From contig CALNYG010000013.1 of assembly GCA_942490825.1 (NCBI GenBank), positions 55,311 through 119,310 of the forward strand: a stretch of 64,000 nt of DNA, given 5' to 3'. Positions 8,694 to 17,510 of this stretch are shown here, piece after piece; within the stretch, counting starts at the first letter, position 1; every line of letters starts with the position of its first letter. The notes beneath the pieces were generated by a model that was not told the origin of the DNA, did no database searches, and saw only the letters and a program-made list of their open reading frames with translations. The DNA is from Candidatus Moraniibacteriota bacterium (GTDB lineage Bacteria; Patescibacteriota; Minisyncoccia; Moranbacterales; GCA-2747515). A program made the translations under genes and the position numbers.

Positions 8694-9083
8694 ATGAATA
8701 GACAATATCATCTTTTTGATGCAAATAATAAAGTTTTAGGGAGATTTGCTACAGAAGTAGCGGGTGTTTTACGTGGAAAAAATAAGGTAGATTATACACC
8801 TCATATCGATGGTGGTGATATTGTGGTTATTATCAATGCTAATAAAGTAAGACTAACAGGTAATAAAGAAAATGATAAAAAGTATTATCATTATACTGGA
8901 TATGCTGGTGGAATTAAAGATATATCTGTAAAACAACAGAGAGAAAAAGATGCTAGTAAGATAATTTCTCGAGCAGTAGATGGGATGCTTCCTAAAAATA
9001 AGTTAGGTAATCAGATGAAAAAACGTTTGTTTATTTTTAATGAGGATAATCATAAATATACAATTGATATTAATCACGAGTAA
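8694..9083 (+). CDS. rplM: 50S ribosomal protein L13
   Basis: LFDANNKVLGRFATEVAGVLRGKNKVDYTPHIDGGDIVVIINA...MLPKNKLG. Confidence 0.9.
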   Translation: MNRQYHLFDANNKVLGRFATEVAGVLRGKNKVDYTPHIDGGDIVVIINANKVRLTGNKENDKKYYHYTGYAGGIKDISVKQQREKDASKIISRAVDGMLPKNKLGNQMKKRLFIFNEDNHKYTIDINHE

Positions 9084-9134
9084 TTTTGATTATGAAGATA
9101 AGAATTAATTTTTTTGAAAGAATTTTATAAAGTT

Positions 9135-9599
9135 ATGGCAACTAAGAAAACTCAAGTTAAAGAAAAAAAGAATAAAGCTAATGTAAATTTTAAAGGTCAG
9201 TACTTTTGTGCTGTGGGTAGACGTAAGACTGCTGTTGCTCAGGTTAGAGTGTATTTAAATGATGAAGCAGAAGCTAATAATAGTCAATTTATAGTTAATG
9301 AAAGAGAAATGTCAAATTATTTTCCATTAGCATCTCAGCAGGATATTTTCTTGAGTCCGTTGAAAGTTGCTGGTTTTGATGGCAAATGTGCAGTTTCAGT
9401 TTTAGTTAAAGGTGGTGGTTTAACTGGTCAAGTTGATGCTATTAAATTAGGAATCGCTAGAGCTTTAGTTAAATTTGATGAAGAGCTTAGAGCTGTATTG
9501 AAAGCTGAGGGATTTTTGACTAGGGATGCTCGTAAAGTTGAGCGTAAAAAGCCAGGTCTTCGAAAGGCTCGTCGTTCTCCACAATGGTCAAAACGATAA
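9135..9599 (+). CDS. rpsI: 30S ribosomal protein S9
   Basis: GRRKTAVAQVRV...GGGLTGQVDAIKLGIARAL...RKKPGLRKARRSPQWSKR. ATG 9135 is preferred over the track's TTG at 9114. Confidence 0.9.
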   Translation: MATKKTQVKEKKNKANVNFKGQYFCAVGRRKTAVAQVRVYLNDEAEANNSQFIVNEREMSNYFPLASQQDIFLSPLKVAGFDGKCAVSVLVKGGGLTGQVDAIKLGIARALVKFDEELRAVLKAEGFLTRDARKVERKKPGLRKARRSPQWSKR

Positions 9600-9607
9600 T
9601 CTTTATT

Positions 9608-9635
9608 TTTCAGACTAATATTTCTGAAAGTTTTT
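9608..9635 (+). terminator. terminator-like hairpin after rpsI
   Basis: TTTCAGA-8 nt-TCTGAAA followed by GTTTTT. Confidence 0.45.
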
Positions 9636-10007
9636 CTGTGGATTAGTTATTTTTGATATTGATTTATATTTGCAGATCAATTTATTGAATGGTGTTAAGC
9701 AATAATTCTTTTTTGAATTATTCTTTACCACTTTTAGTAATACTTTTAAAGTATACTTTTTAGAAAATTGTAAAAACTCTAAAGCTTACGAGTTTGATCT
9801 TTAAGTACTTTTTAGAATTGTTAAGAAAATTTTATATGCTATTATTTTTTATTTATTTATAATAAATAGTGATAAATATTTTTTTATTAATTAATTATGA
9901 TTAATTAAATTCTTTGAAATAACTTTGTAATTAATTTAAGATTGGTGAGTTTTTAGTTTTTAAAATATTTTTTTAAAAAATATTGTATTTAATAATTTAA
10001 CTTATAT

Positions 10008-12032
10008 ATGAAAGAAATAAAACAGACCTCTAAAAAATCGACTTATAATAGGTCGGCTAGTTCTGGAGGTAATAAAAATTTTGTGAGTAGAACAGCTCAA
10101 AAAAATGTTCAAAAATTACAAGAAGTAAAGCAACAAAAAGCTTCTTCGAAGAAAAATGTTCAAAAAGTAGATGATAAATCAACTAGAGATAGTTCTAAAA
10201 CTGATAAAAATCAGACTCAGCAACAAAAAAACTCTAGTAAGAAAAAAGGGAAAAAACGCGGAAATAGAAGACCAGTATTGCAAACTAATGCGGATAGGGT
10301 TATTCGTGCTACTAAATCGGATGGTGATCAAAGAGAATTCTTTGTGCCAAAGATAGAAAAAGATACGTTGCGTATTATTCCACTTGGAGGACAGGAAGAA
10401 GTTGGTCGTAATATGGTTGTGTTTGAATACGGCGAAGATATTGTAGTTGTGGATATTGGCATGCAGTTTCCAGAAGAAGATATGCCAGGAATAGATTATA
10501 TTGTTCCTAATGCTAATTATTTGAAAGGTAAAGAAAAAAATATTCGCGGTGTAATTTTTACGCATGGTCACTTAGATCATATTGGAGCAGCACCAATTAT
10601 CTTAAAAGAGTTAGGTTATCCACCAGTTATTGCTCGTGATTTAACTTTAGCTTTGATTAAAAAAAGATTGGAAGATGGTGATCCGGGTGCAAGTGATAGA
10701 ATTAAAACAATCAGTGTTAAAAATATTAATCAAAAAATTAGATTAGGATCTTCATTTCGAGCTAATTTCTTTGAAGTTGACCATTCAATTATGGATTCAA
10801 TGGGAGTAGCCTTAGAAACTCCAGTTGGTACGCCAATTCATTTTGGTGATTGGATGATTAGTCATGATCCTGTTAGTGGAGAGGTAACTGAATATAGTGA
10901 ATTATCTAAATTAGCTGAGCCTCGTATTTTAATGTTAGAAAGTTTAGCTGTTTCATATTCAGAGAAAAAGATTGTTACTGAGAAAGAAATTCAGAACAAC
11001 TTAGAAGGTTTAGTTGCTAAAGCTCCAGGTAGGATTATTATTGGTTCTTTTGCTTCACAAGTTCAAAGAATTAAGTTGCTTCTTGAATTTGCTCAGAGAA
11101 TTGGTAAAAAAGTAGCTTTGGATGGGTATTCAATGAAAACAAATGTGGAAGTGGCTAAACAATTAGGTTATTTTAACATTAATTCAGATTTGATTATTCC
11201 TGTTAATGATATTGATAAATATCCTGATAATAAGATACTAATTCTATGTACAGGTTCTCAAGGTGAGCATAATGCTGTATTTAATAGAATAGTAACGGAT
11301 AATCATAGATTTATTAAATTACAAAAGAAAGATACAGTAGTCTTTTCATCTTCAGTGATTCCAGGAAATGAGAGAACTATTCAGCGTTTGAAGGATAATA
11401 TGTATCGTAAGTGTGATAATGTTATTCATTCTGATATTATGAATACTCACATTGGAGGACATGCTACTTTAGAAGATATGCATACTGTTATGGAACAGGT
11501 TAAACCCCAGTATTTTATGCCAGTTTATGCTAATTATTACATGCTTAAAGAAGCTGGAAAACAGGTTGTTAAAAAAGGATTCCCAGAAGATAAAGTTCTA
11601 ATTTTGGACAATGGTTCAATATCTGAATTTACTAAACAAGGCTCTAAAATTCGTAAAGAAAAAGCTGACACTAGTTATGTATTTATTGATGGATTAGGTG
11701 TTGGTGATATTGGACATGTAGTTTTACGTGATCGACAAATGCTTTCTCAAGATGGTATGTATGTGATTACGGTATTGATTGATAGTAAAACTAAGGATGT
11801 TATTGGAAATATGCAGATTACTTCTCGTGGATTTATTTTTGTTAAAGATAATTTTGATTTGATTAATGAGACTAAGCGGAAAGTTCAGAAGATTATTAAA
11901 GATACTACTAGTAAGGACACTAAGATGGATTGGAGAGTGGTTGAAAATAATATTCGTGATCGAGTTGGTGAGTATCTTTTCCAAAAGACTCAAAGACGAC
12001 CGATGGTTTTGCCAGTTGTGATTGAAGTTTAG
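10008..12032 (+). CDS. rnj: ribonuclease J (metallo-beta-lactamase/beta-CASP) with a ~110-aa K/Q/S-rich N-terminal extension
   Basis: LRIIPLGGQEEVGRNM, HGHLDHIGA (HxHxDH), a beta-CASP region and a C-terminal domain. Residues 1-110 are low complexity. Confidence 0.85.
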   Translation: MKEIKQTSKKSTYNRSASSGGNKNFVSRTAQKNVQKLQEVKQQKASSKKNVQKVDDKSTRDSSKTDKNQTQQQKNSSKKKGKKRGNRRPVLQTNADRVIRATKSDGDQREFFVPKIEKDTLRIIPLGGQEEVGRNMVVFEYGEDIVVVDIGMQFPEEDMPGIDYIVPNANYLKGKEKNIRGVIFTHGHLDHIGAAPIILKELGYPPVIARDLTLALIKKRLEDGDPGASDRIKTISVKNINQKIRLGSSFRANFFEVDHSIMDSMGVALETPVGTPIHFGDWMISHDPVSGEVTEYSELSKLAEPRILMLESLAVSYSEKKIVTEKEIQNNLEGLVAKAPGRIIIGSFASQVQRIKLLLEFAQRIGKKVALDGYSMKTNVEVAKQLGYFNINSDLIIPVNDIDKYPDNKILILCTGSQGEHNAVFNRIVTDNHRFIKLQKKDTVVFSSSVIPGNERTIQRLKDNMYRKCDNVIHSDIMNTHIGGHATLEDMHTVMEQVKPQYFMPVYANYYMLKEAGKQVVKKGFPEDKVLILDNGSISEFTKQGSKIRKEKADTSYVFIDGLGVGDIGHVVLRDRQMLSQDGMYVITVLIDSKTKDVIGNMQITSRGFIFVKDNFDLINETKRKVQKIIKDTTSKDTKMDWRVVENNIRDRVGEYLFQKTQRRPMVLPVVIEV

Positions 12033-12095
12033 TTTGTAGCTTAAATTGAAAAGTCTATAAAGTCGAAAGTGCAACTTATAGGTGGACAATAAATA

Positions 12096-12130
12096 AAAAA
12101 CGATAAATTTTAAATTTATCGTTTTTTATT
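12096..12130 (+). terminator. intrinsic terminator after rnj
   Basis: AAAAACGATAAATTT/TAAATTTATCGTTTTT palindromic stem followed by a T-run. Confidence 0.7.
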
Positions 12131-12195
12131 TGAAGAAAAGTCGAGTTTTTGTTATTATAGGTAAATGGAAGGGATAATAAATTAAATGGTGAAAT

Positions 12196-13383
12196 ATGAA
12201 AAAAAGGACTTTTTCAGGGGTACAACCAAGTGGTGATTTACACATTGGGAATTATTTAGGGGCGATTAAAAATTGGGTGGAGCTTCAGGATAATTATGAA
12301 TCGATTTTTTGTATTGTTGATTTGCATGCGATTACTGTTCCGCAGGATCCGAAGGAATTGCGAAAGAAGATTATTGAGATTGCGAAGATTTATATTGCGG
12401 CGGGAATTGATCCGAAGAAATCTTCTATTTTTGTGCAGTCGCAAGTTAAGGAGCATTCTGAATTAATGTGGATCTTAAATACGATTACGAAGAATGGAGA
12501 TTTAACTAAAATGACACAGTTTAAAGATAAATCTGGTGTGGATTTTGATAAACTTGAATTAGTTTTAAAAGAGGCAGAAAAACAGAGATGGAATGATATG
12601 GATGTAGATAGTAGAAAAAGAGCGGAAGATGAATTTAAAAGGGTTTCGGAAGAACAATCACCAGTTGAAGCTTTTAGACAAACTTTTGACATAGCTCGTT
12701 CAGCAACTTACGAAGATGCAAGAAAATATTTTCAAAAATTCAAAGAAGACTTTAATTCAATTGGAGTTGGCTTATATGATTACCCTGTTTTGATGGCGGC
12801 GGATATATTACTTTATAATACGGCGATTGTGCCGGTGGGAGAAGATCAGTTGCAACATGTTGAACTTGCACGAACTTTAGCACGACGATTCAATCATCAA
12901 TTTGGAGAAACTTTTATTGTTCCTGAAGCGGAAATTAAAAAAGAAGGAAAACGAATTATGGGACTAGATAATCCAGAAAAGAAAATGAGTAAGTCAGCAG
13001 AAAGTATTTATAATTACATTGCACTTAATGACGAAGCTGATGTTATTCGTAAAAAGATTCGAAAAGCCGTAACAGATAGTGGTAGTGAAATTGTATATCA
13101 AGATGACAAGCCAGCTTTGAAAAATTTAATTAATATTTATAGTTTACTTTCTGAAAAATCAATTCCAGAAATTGAGGAAATGTATAAAGGAAAAGGCTAT
13201 GGTGATTTTAAAAATGATTTGGCGGAGGTTGTGGTAGATTTTATTACTCCTTTTCAAGAGCGACTTAATGCGATTAGTGATGAGGAAGTTATGAAAATTT
13301 TAGCAGATGGTGCGGATAAAGTTCGAAAGATTGCAGAAGAAAAAATGAAAGAAGTTAAAGAGAAGGTTGGCTTTTTAGTTTAA
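12196..13383 (+). CDS. trpS: tryptophan--tRNA ligase with a ~70-aa internal insertion
   Basis: FSGVQPSGDLHIGNYLGA (HIGH-type motif), KMSKS at KKMSKSAES, YPVLMAADIL. 395 aa, versus the ~330 aa usual for bacterial TrpRS. Confidence 0.9.
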   Translation: MKKRTFSGVQPSGDLHIGNYLGAIKNWVELQDNYESIFCIVDLHAITVPQDPKELRKKIIEIAKIYIAAGIDPKKSSIFVQSQVKEHSELMWILNTITKNGDLTKMTQFKDKSGVDFDKLELVLKEAEKQRWNDMDVDSRKRAEDEFKRVSEEQSPVEAFRQTFDIARSATYEDARKYFQKFKEDFNSIGVGLYDYPVLMAADILLYNTAIVPVGEDQLQHVELARTLARRFNHQFGETFIVPEAEIKKEGKRIMGLDNPEKKMSKSAESIYNYIALNDEADVIRKKIRKAVTDSGSEIVYQDDKPALKNLINIYSLLSEKSIPEIEEMYKGKGYGDFKNDLAEVVVDFITPFQERLNAISDEEVMKILADGADKVRKIAEEKMKEVKEKVGFLV

Positions 13384-13387
13384 TTTT

Positions 13388-13409
13388 AAAAAGCCCGTGC
13401 GGCGAGCAC
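13388..13409 (+). repeat. GC-rich intergenic repeat, copy 1 (AAAAAGCCCGTGCGGCGAGCAC)
   Basis: Read directly. Its A-run and GCC pair with GGCTTTTTA at 13369-13377, and the loop contains the trpS stop codon. Confidence 0.8.
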
Positions 13410-13456
13410 AATTTAATTTAGAATTATTAATTAATAATTAAAAAAAAGATAGTAAA

Positions 13457-14779
13457 ATGAAGATTACAATAATAGGAACGGGTTATGTAGGTTTGGTTAG
13501 TGGAACATGTTTTGCTGATGCAGGTAATGATGTTATGTGTATTGATTTGGATAAGAAAAAAATAGAAGGTTTAAAAAATGGTGCGATGCCAATTTATGAG
13601 CCAGGACTAGAAAAGTTAGTTAAGAAAAATTATAAATCAGGAAAATTAAATTTTTCTACTAATATTGCGAAAGGAATTAAATTTGGTGACATTATTTTTT
13701 CAGCAGTGGGAACTCCTCCAGATAAGGATTTCCGAGCAGATTTGTCAGCAGTTAAAGCAGTGGCAAAAAGCTTTGGGCAAAATGCTAATAAGTTTAAAGT
13801 TTTCGTAAATAAATCTACAGTGCCAGTTGGGACAGGAAAAATGTGCAAGCAAATTATTGAAAAAGAATTAAAAAAGCGAAAGAAAAATGTTAATTTTGAA
13901 GTTGTTTCTAATCCTGAATTTTTACGAGAAGGTTCAGCAATTAAAGACACAACCAAGCCAGATCGTGTAGTAGTTGGAACAGAAAGTGAAAAGGTAAAAG
14001 AGATGATGAAAGAACTTTACAAACCATTCGTTACTAAGAAATCTCCTTTGATTTTCACGGATATTGAAAGTGCGGAAATTATCAAATATGCTTCCAATTC
14101 ATTTTTAGCGACAAAGATTTCTTTTATAAATGAAATTGCTAATTTTTGTGAAAAGGCAGGGGGAAATGTTGAGGAAGTAGCTAGTGGAATGGGATTGGAT
14201 AGTCGTATCGGTCCGAAGTTTTTAAATGCAGGAATTGGTTATGGAGGGTCTTGTTTTCCAAAGGATGTGCAAGCCTTGATTCAAACTGGAAAACAAGTTG
14301 GTTATGATTTTCGTATTTTGAATGCAGTGGAAAGTATTAATAAGAGTCAAAAAGGTAAGCTTTTTAATATTCTTAAAGAAAAAATGCCTAAGATGGAAGG
14401 TAAAACAGCGGCTATTTTAGGGCTTGCTTTTAAGCCAGAGACTGATGATATGCGTGACGCTCCATCTATTAAAATTATTAAAAAACTTCAAGCTGAAGGT
14501 GTGAACATCAAAGCTTTTGATCCAGTTGCCGTAGAAAATGCTAAAAATTATTTTTCTAAAGTAAATCTTAATTTTTCAGAAACTGCTTATGATGCAATTG
14601 AGGATGCTGATGTTGTTCTAGTTTTGACAGAGTGGAATGAGTTTAGAAAGCTAGATTTGAAAAAGGTTGAGAAATTGATGAAAGGTAATTTGGTAATTGA
14701 CGGAAGAAATATTTTCTCAATAGAAGATTTGAATAAAGCTGGATTACAAGGTACGTGTATCGGTTGTTTACAAAATTAG
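13457..14779 (+). CDS. ugd: UDP-glucose 6-dehydrogenase
   Basis: MKITIIGTGYVGLVSG (Rossmann fold), GGSCFPKD catalytic Cys motif, 440 aa. Confidence 0.88.
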   Translation: MKITIIGTGYVGLVSGTCFADAGNDVMCIDLDKKKIEGLKNGAMPIYEPGLEKLVKKNYKSGKLNFSTNIAKGIKFGDIIFSAVGTPPDKDFRADLSAVKAVAKSFGQNANKFKVFVNKSTVPVGTGKMCKQIIEKELKKRKKNVNFEVVSNPEFLREGSAIKDTTKPDRVVVGTESEKVKEMMKELYKPFVTKKSPLIFTDIESAEIIKYASNSFLATKISFINEIANFCEKAGGNVEEVASGMGLDSRIGPKFLNAGIGYGGSCFPKDVQALIQTGKQVGYDFRILNAVESINKSQKGKLFNILKEKMPKMEGKTAAILGLAFKPETDDMRDAPSIKIIKKLQAEGVNIKAFDPVAVENAKNYFSKVNLNFSETAYDAIEDADVVLVLTEWNEFRKLDLKKVEKLMKGNLVIDGRNIFSIEDLNKAGLQGTCIGCLQN

Positions 14780-14856
14780 ATTATTGGACATGTAAAATGT
14801 AGATGATTAGACTTGTGAAGATATTGTGATAATGTTTTCGAAGTTGTTTTCTTGCA

Positions 14857-14884
14857 GTAGAGTTCAGGTATACCTGAACTCTAC
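14857..14884. repeat. 28-bp perfect palindrome GTAGAGTTCAGGTATACCTGAACTCTAC (possible terminator of ugd)
   Basis: Self-complementary over all 28 nt. Not followed by a clear T-run. Confidence 0.6.
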
Positions 14885-14940
14885 TAACGGGAAAATAAAA
14901 AAACTTTTTAAAAAATAATTCTTTAAAAATAAATAAAAAC

Positions 14941-15525
14941 ATGAAGAAAATATTGGTAATTAAAGGACATCCAAAAGAAGAGGGTTTTTGTAATACTCTG
15001 GCGGATAGGTATATTAAGGGTGTAAAGACTGCAAAAAATAAAGTGGAAGTTGTGAATGTGGGGGATCTGTGTGTTGAGAGATTTATTAAATTCGAACATA
15101 AGAGTAATCCTGATTTACCTTTGGATTTTATTAAGGTTCAAAAATTAATAACTTGGGCAGATCATTTGGTTTTTGTTTATCCAATTTGGTGGGCAACTCC
15201 TCCAGCGATGATGAAGCTTTTTTTGGAAGTTATTTTGACTTCAGGTTTTGCTTATAAATATAAAGCTCCAATTCATGGTATTATTCCGAGTTGGGATGAA
15301 TTATTGTCTGGTAAAACTGCCCGATTGATTGCTACAATGGATTCTCCATCTATTTTTTATAAATGGATTTTACGTGATCCTTCTTATAAAATGATGAAGG
15401 CTAATTTGAATTTTTGTGGGATTAAACCTGTGAAAAGGAGTTATTTTGGTTCGGTTAAATTGTCTTCTGATGAGAAGAAAAAGAAGTGGTTGGAGAAGAT
15501 TTATCGGGTTGGGATGAAGGAGTAA
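14941..15525 (+). CDS. flavodoxin-like fold NAD(P)H dehydrogenase (quinone) family protein
   Basis: MKKILVIKGHPKEEGFCNTLADRY...ADHLVFVYPIWWATPPAMMKLF is typical of the Flavodoxin_2/NQO family. Confidence 0.7.
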   Translation: MKKILVIKGHPKEEGFCNTLADRYIKGVKTAKNKVEVVNVGDLCVERFIKFEHKSNPDLPLDFIKVQKLITWADHLVFVYPIWWATPPAMMKLFLEVILTSGFAYKYKAPIHGIIPSWDELLSGKTARLIATMDSPSIFYKWILRDPSYKMMKANLNFCGIKPVKRSYFGSVKLSSDEKKKKWLEKIYRVGMKE

Positions 15526-15542
15526 ATAAATTATATATTTTT

Positions 15543-16460
15543 ATGAAAGAGCAGATTAGTAATAAAGGGGAAGAATTGAAAAAGGAATATCACTTTGATG
15601 AGAAAAATGAATATTTTTCAATTATATTTAATTTTTTTCCTGCTATGATAGCAGGTATAGTAGTTTATTTTTCTTTTTTAGAATTTAGAAGTGAGGGTTT
15701 TTATGGAGATATAGTACCAATATTGTTTGTAGGTATATTTAGTATAATATTTTTTAAGTTTTATATTGATTTTTTTAAAAAAATATCTTTAAGAAAAAAA
15801 TATCGTTCTAGGGAATCATTTATTGAGGAGATTAGTTATAATCAAGATGTTTCAATGAAAGAAGCTAGATCTATTTTAGATGAAAAGAATAGGATCAGAA
15901 TTGAGATAATAAAAGAAGATGAGATTTCAGGCGATTTTTTAAAGGTATTTCAGTATATCGAAAAAACAATAGAATTTTATATTTGGTCTATATTCAGTTT
16001 TTTGACAATTGCGGTTTTATGTCTGGCAGCAATTTATTTTGTGCTACAATCAAATAATTTGTATAAGGAAGTTGGATTTTATTTTACTAATGAATTAAAT
16101 CAAATTATTCATAAAACAGCTGGACAAATTTTCATGGAAGGCTTTTTTAAAAATATTCGTTTTTTTATTTATGAATCCATACTTATAACTTTATTAGCTT
16201 TTTGTCTTAAAAAAATATCAAATTATATTTCTATGATTGAAGTTTACAAAGAATGGAAAGTTCTTTTAATTATGGATATTCAAAGACAATATAAAACAGC
16301 TAATGAAAATGAGAGAGGAATTGTTTCAAAAGAATTTCAACATAATTTTACTGAAAGACTGAAAAGACATGAAGAATGCTTATTGAATAACAAAGAAAAT
16401 ATAGAAATAAAAACAACCCCCGACAGATTAAATGGATTATTTTCAAAGACAAAGAAGTAA
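15543..16460 (+). CDS. hypothetical multi-pass membrane protein
   Basis: ATG 15543 is preferred; the track's GTG at 15486 overlaps the previous gene. Several hydrophobic segments, no family recognised. Confidence 0.4.
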   Translation: MKEQISNKGEELKKEYHFDEKNEYFSIIFNFFPAMIAGIVVYFSFLEFRSEGFYGDIVPILFVGIFSIIFFKFYIDFFKKISLRKKYRSRESFIEEISYNQDVSMKEARSILDEKNRIRIEIIKEDEISGDFLKVFQYIEKTIEFYIWSIFSFLTIAVLCLAAIYFVLQSNNLYKEVGFYFTNELNQIIHKTAGQIFMEGFFKNIRFFIYESILITLLAFCLKKISNYISMIEVYKEWKVLLIMDIQRQYKTANENERGIVSKEFQHNFTERLKRHEECLLNNKENIEIKTTPDRLNGLFSKTKK

Positions 16461-16465
16461 AAAAC

Positions 16466-16550
16466 ATGCTCAAAAAAATCCTAAAAAACATTCAGTTACA
16501 ACAAATTCCGACCACTCCAAAAAGAAATCATCAACAATATTTTTAACAAG
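16466..16550 (+). pseudogene. decayed duplicate of the recQ 5' end
   Basis: ATGCTCAAAAAAATCCTAAAAAACATTCAGTTACAACAAATTCCGACCACTCCAAAAAGAAATCATCAACAAT aligns with recQ 19093-19170 at roughly 80-85% identity with a 2-nt gap. It encodes FSYNKFRPLQKEIINN versus FGYNKFRPLQKEIIDN. Confidence 0.8.
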
Positions 16551-16574
16551 TTTGAAAGATCATAAAATATACCA

Positions 16575-17507
16575 TCATTCAATAAAACCCTTTTCTTTAA
16601 GTAGCTCTATTAGTTTCTCATTAAATATCACTACACCATCTTGATTCATATGATTAGAATCAAAAAAATAAGTCGAATCATCAAGATCCAAAATATTATT
16701 AAAATTAATATATTCCCCATAAGAACTCATTTTCTCATCAAAATATTCAGGATTAATATATGAATTATAATAATCATGCGTCATAGGAGCTTGTATTAAT
16801 ATAAAATCTATATTATTTGATTTAAATATATGTAAAATATCTTCAAATGCATTGATTTGATTTTTATTAATCTCAATCTCTTTTTCTTCAATCTCCTCAA
16901 GTTCATAATGCATAATTTCTTTTTCAACAAAACCTCCTGAGATATAGGTGTCATTAATTTTAATTTTTTTCTCAATGAATTTATCATTTAAATTAAAAAA
17001 ATCTTTATAAAATCCAAAAATAGCAGTATTGAGTGTCTTCATATGTTTTATTTTAGCCAACATTTTTAATGTCTCTATATCATTCTTATCATTTGCAATT
17101 AAATCCAATGATGATTCAACTCCTTCACTTGTAAAAGTATTTGGAAAAACTTCAAATATCACTAATTTTGGATTCAACTCCTTTAAATATCTATTGATTA
17201 GAACTTTAGTTTGGATAGGAGTTTGACTGCTTGATCCCAAATTAAAAACTTTCAATCCCTTTTCTTCATAGAGTCTGACATCGAATCCACGATATGAATG
17301 AGATGAGCCTAAAAATAAAATATCAACGTCTTTGAAATCTTTTACTTCATTCATTCTAGAATACATATGTCCATAGGATCCTATTCTATAATTTAAGTTA
17401 GGTGTAAAATTTTGAGGAAACAGTGTTCCCCAAACGCAAGTTAATATTACATATACGAAAAATGAGAATAAAATAAATTTAATAAGTGAAAGTATAAAAT
17501 ATTTCAT
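16575..17507 (-). CDS. DltD/AlgX-like (SGNH-type) accessory protein of an MBOAT O-acyltransferase
   Basis: N-terminal TM anchor, DILFLGSSHSYRGF block, and a position directly downstream of the MBOAT gene with a 3-nt gap. Confidence 0.5.
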   Translation of the reverse strand: MKYFILSLIKFILFSFFVYVILTCVWGTLFPQNFTPNLNYRIGSYGHMYSRMNEVKDFKDVDILFLGSSHSYRGFDVRLYEEKGLKVFNLGSSSQTPIQTKVLINRYLKELNPKLVIFEVFPNTFTSEGVESSLDLIANDKNDIETLKMLAKIKHMKTLNTAIFGFYKDFFNLNDKFIEKKIKINDTYISGGFVEKEIMHYELEEIEEKEIEINKNQINAFEDILHIFKSNNIDFILIQAPMTHDYYNSYINPEYFDEKMSSYGEYINFNNILDLDDSTYFFDSNHMNQDGVVIFNEKLIELLKEKGFIE

Positions 17508-17510
17508 AAG

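Noticed and set aside
9751-9830. Direct repeat GTACTTTTTAGAA(A)ATTGT in the rpsI-rnj spacer
   Set aside because: It is short and AT-rich with only two imperfect copies, and has no associated structure or gene.
16432-16644. 70-aa plus-strand ORF bridging the end of the 15543-16460 gene and the DltD-like gene
   Set aside because: It overlaps two better-supported genes and runs through the decayed recQ 5' fragment in the wrong frame. It is best explained as a by-product of that fragment.
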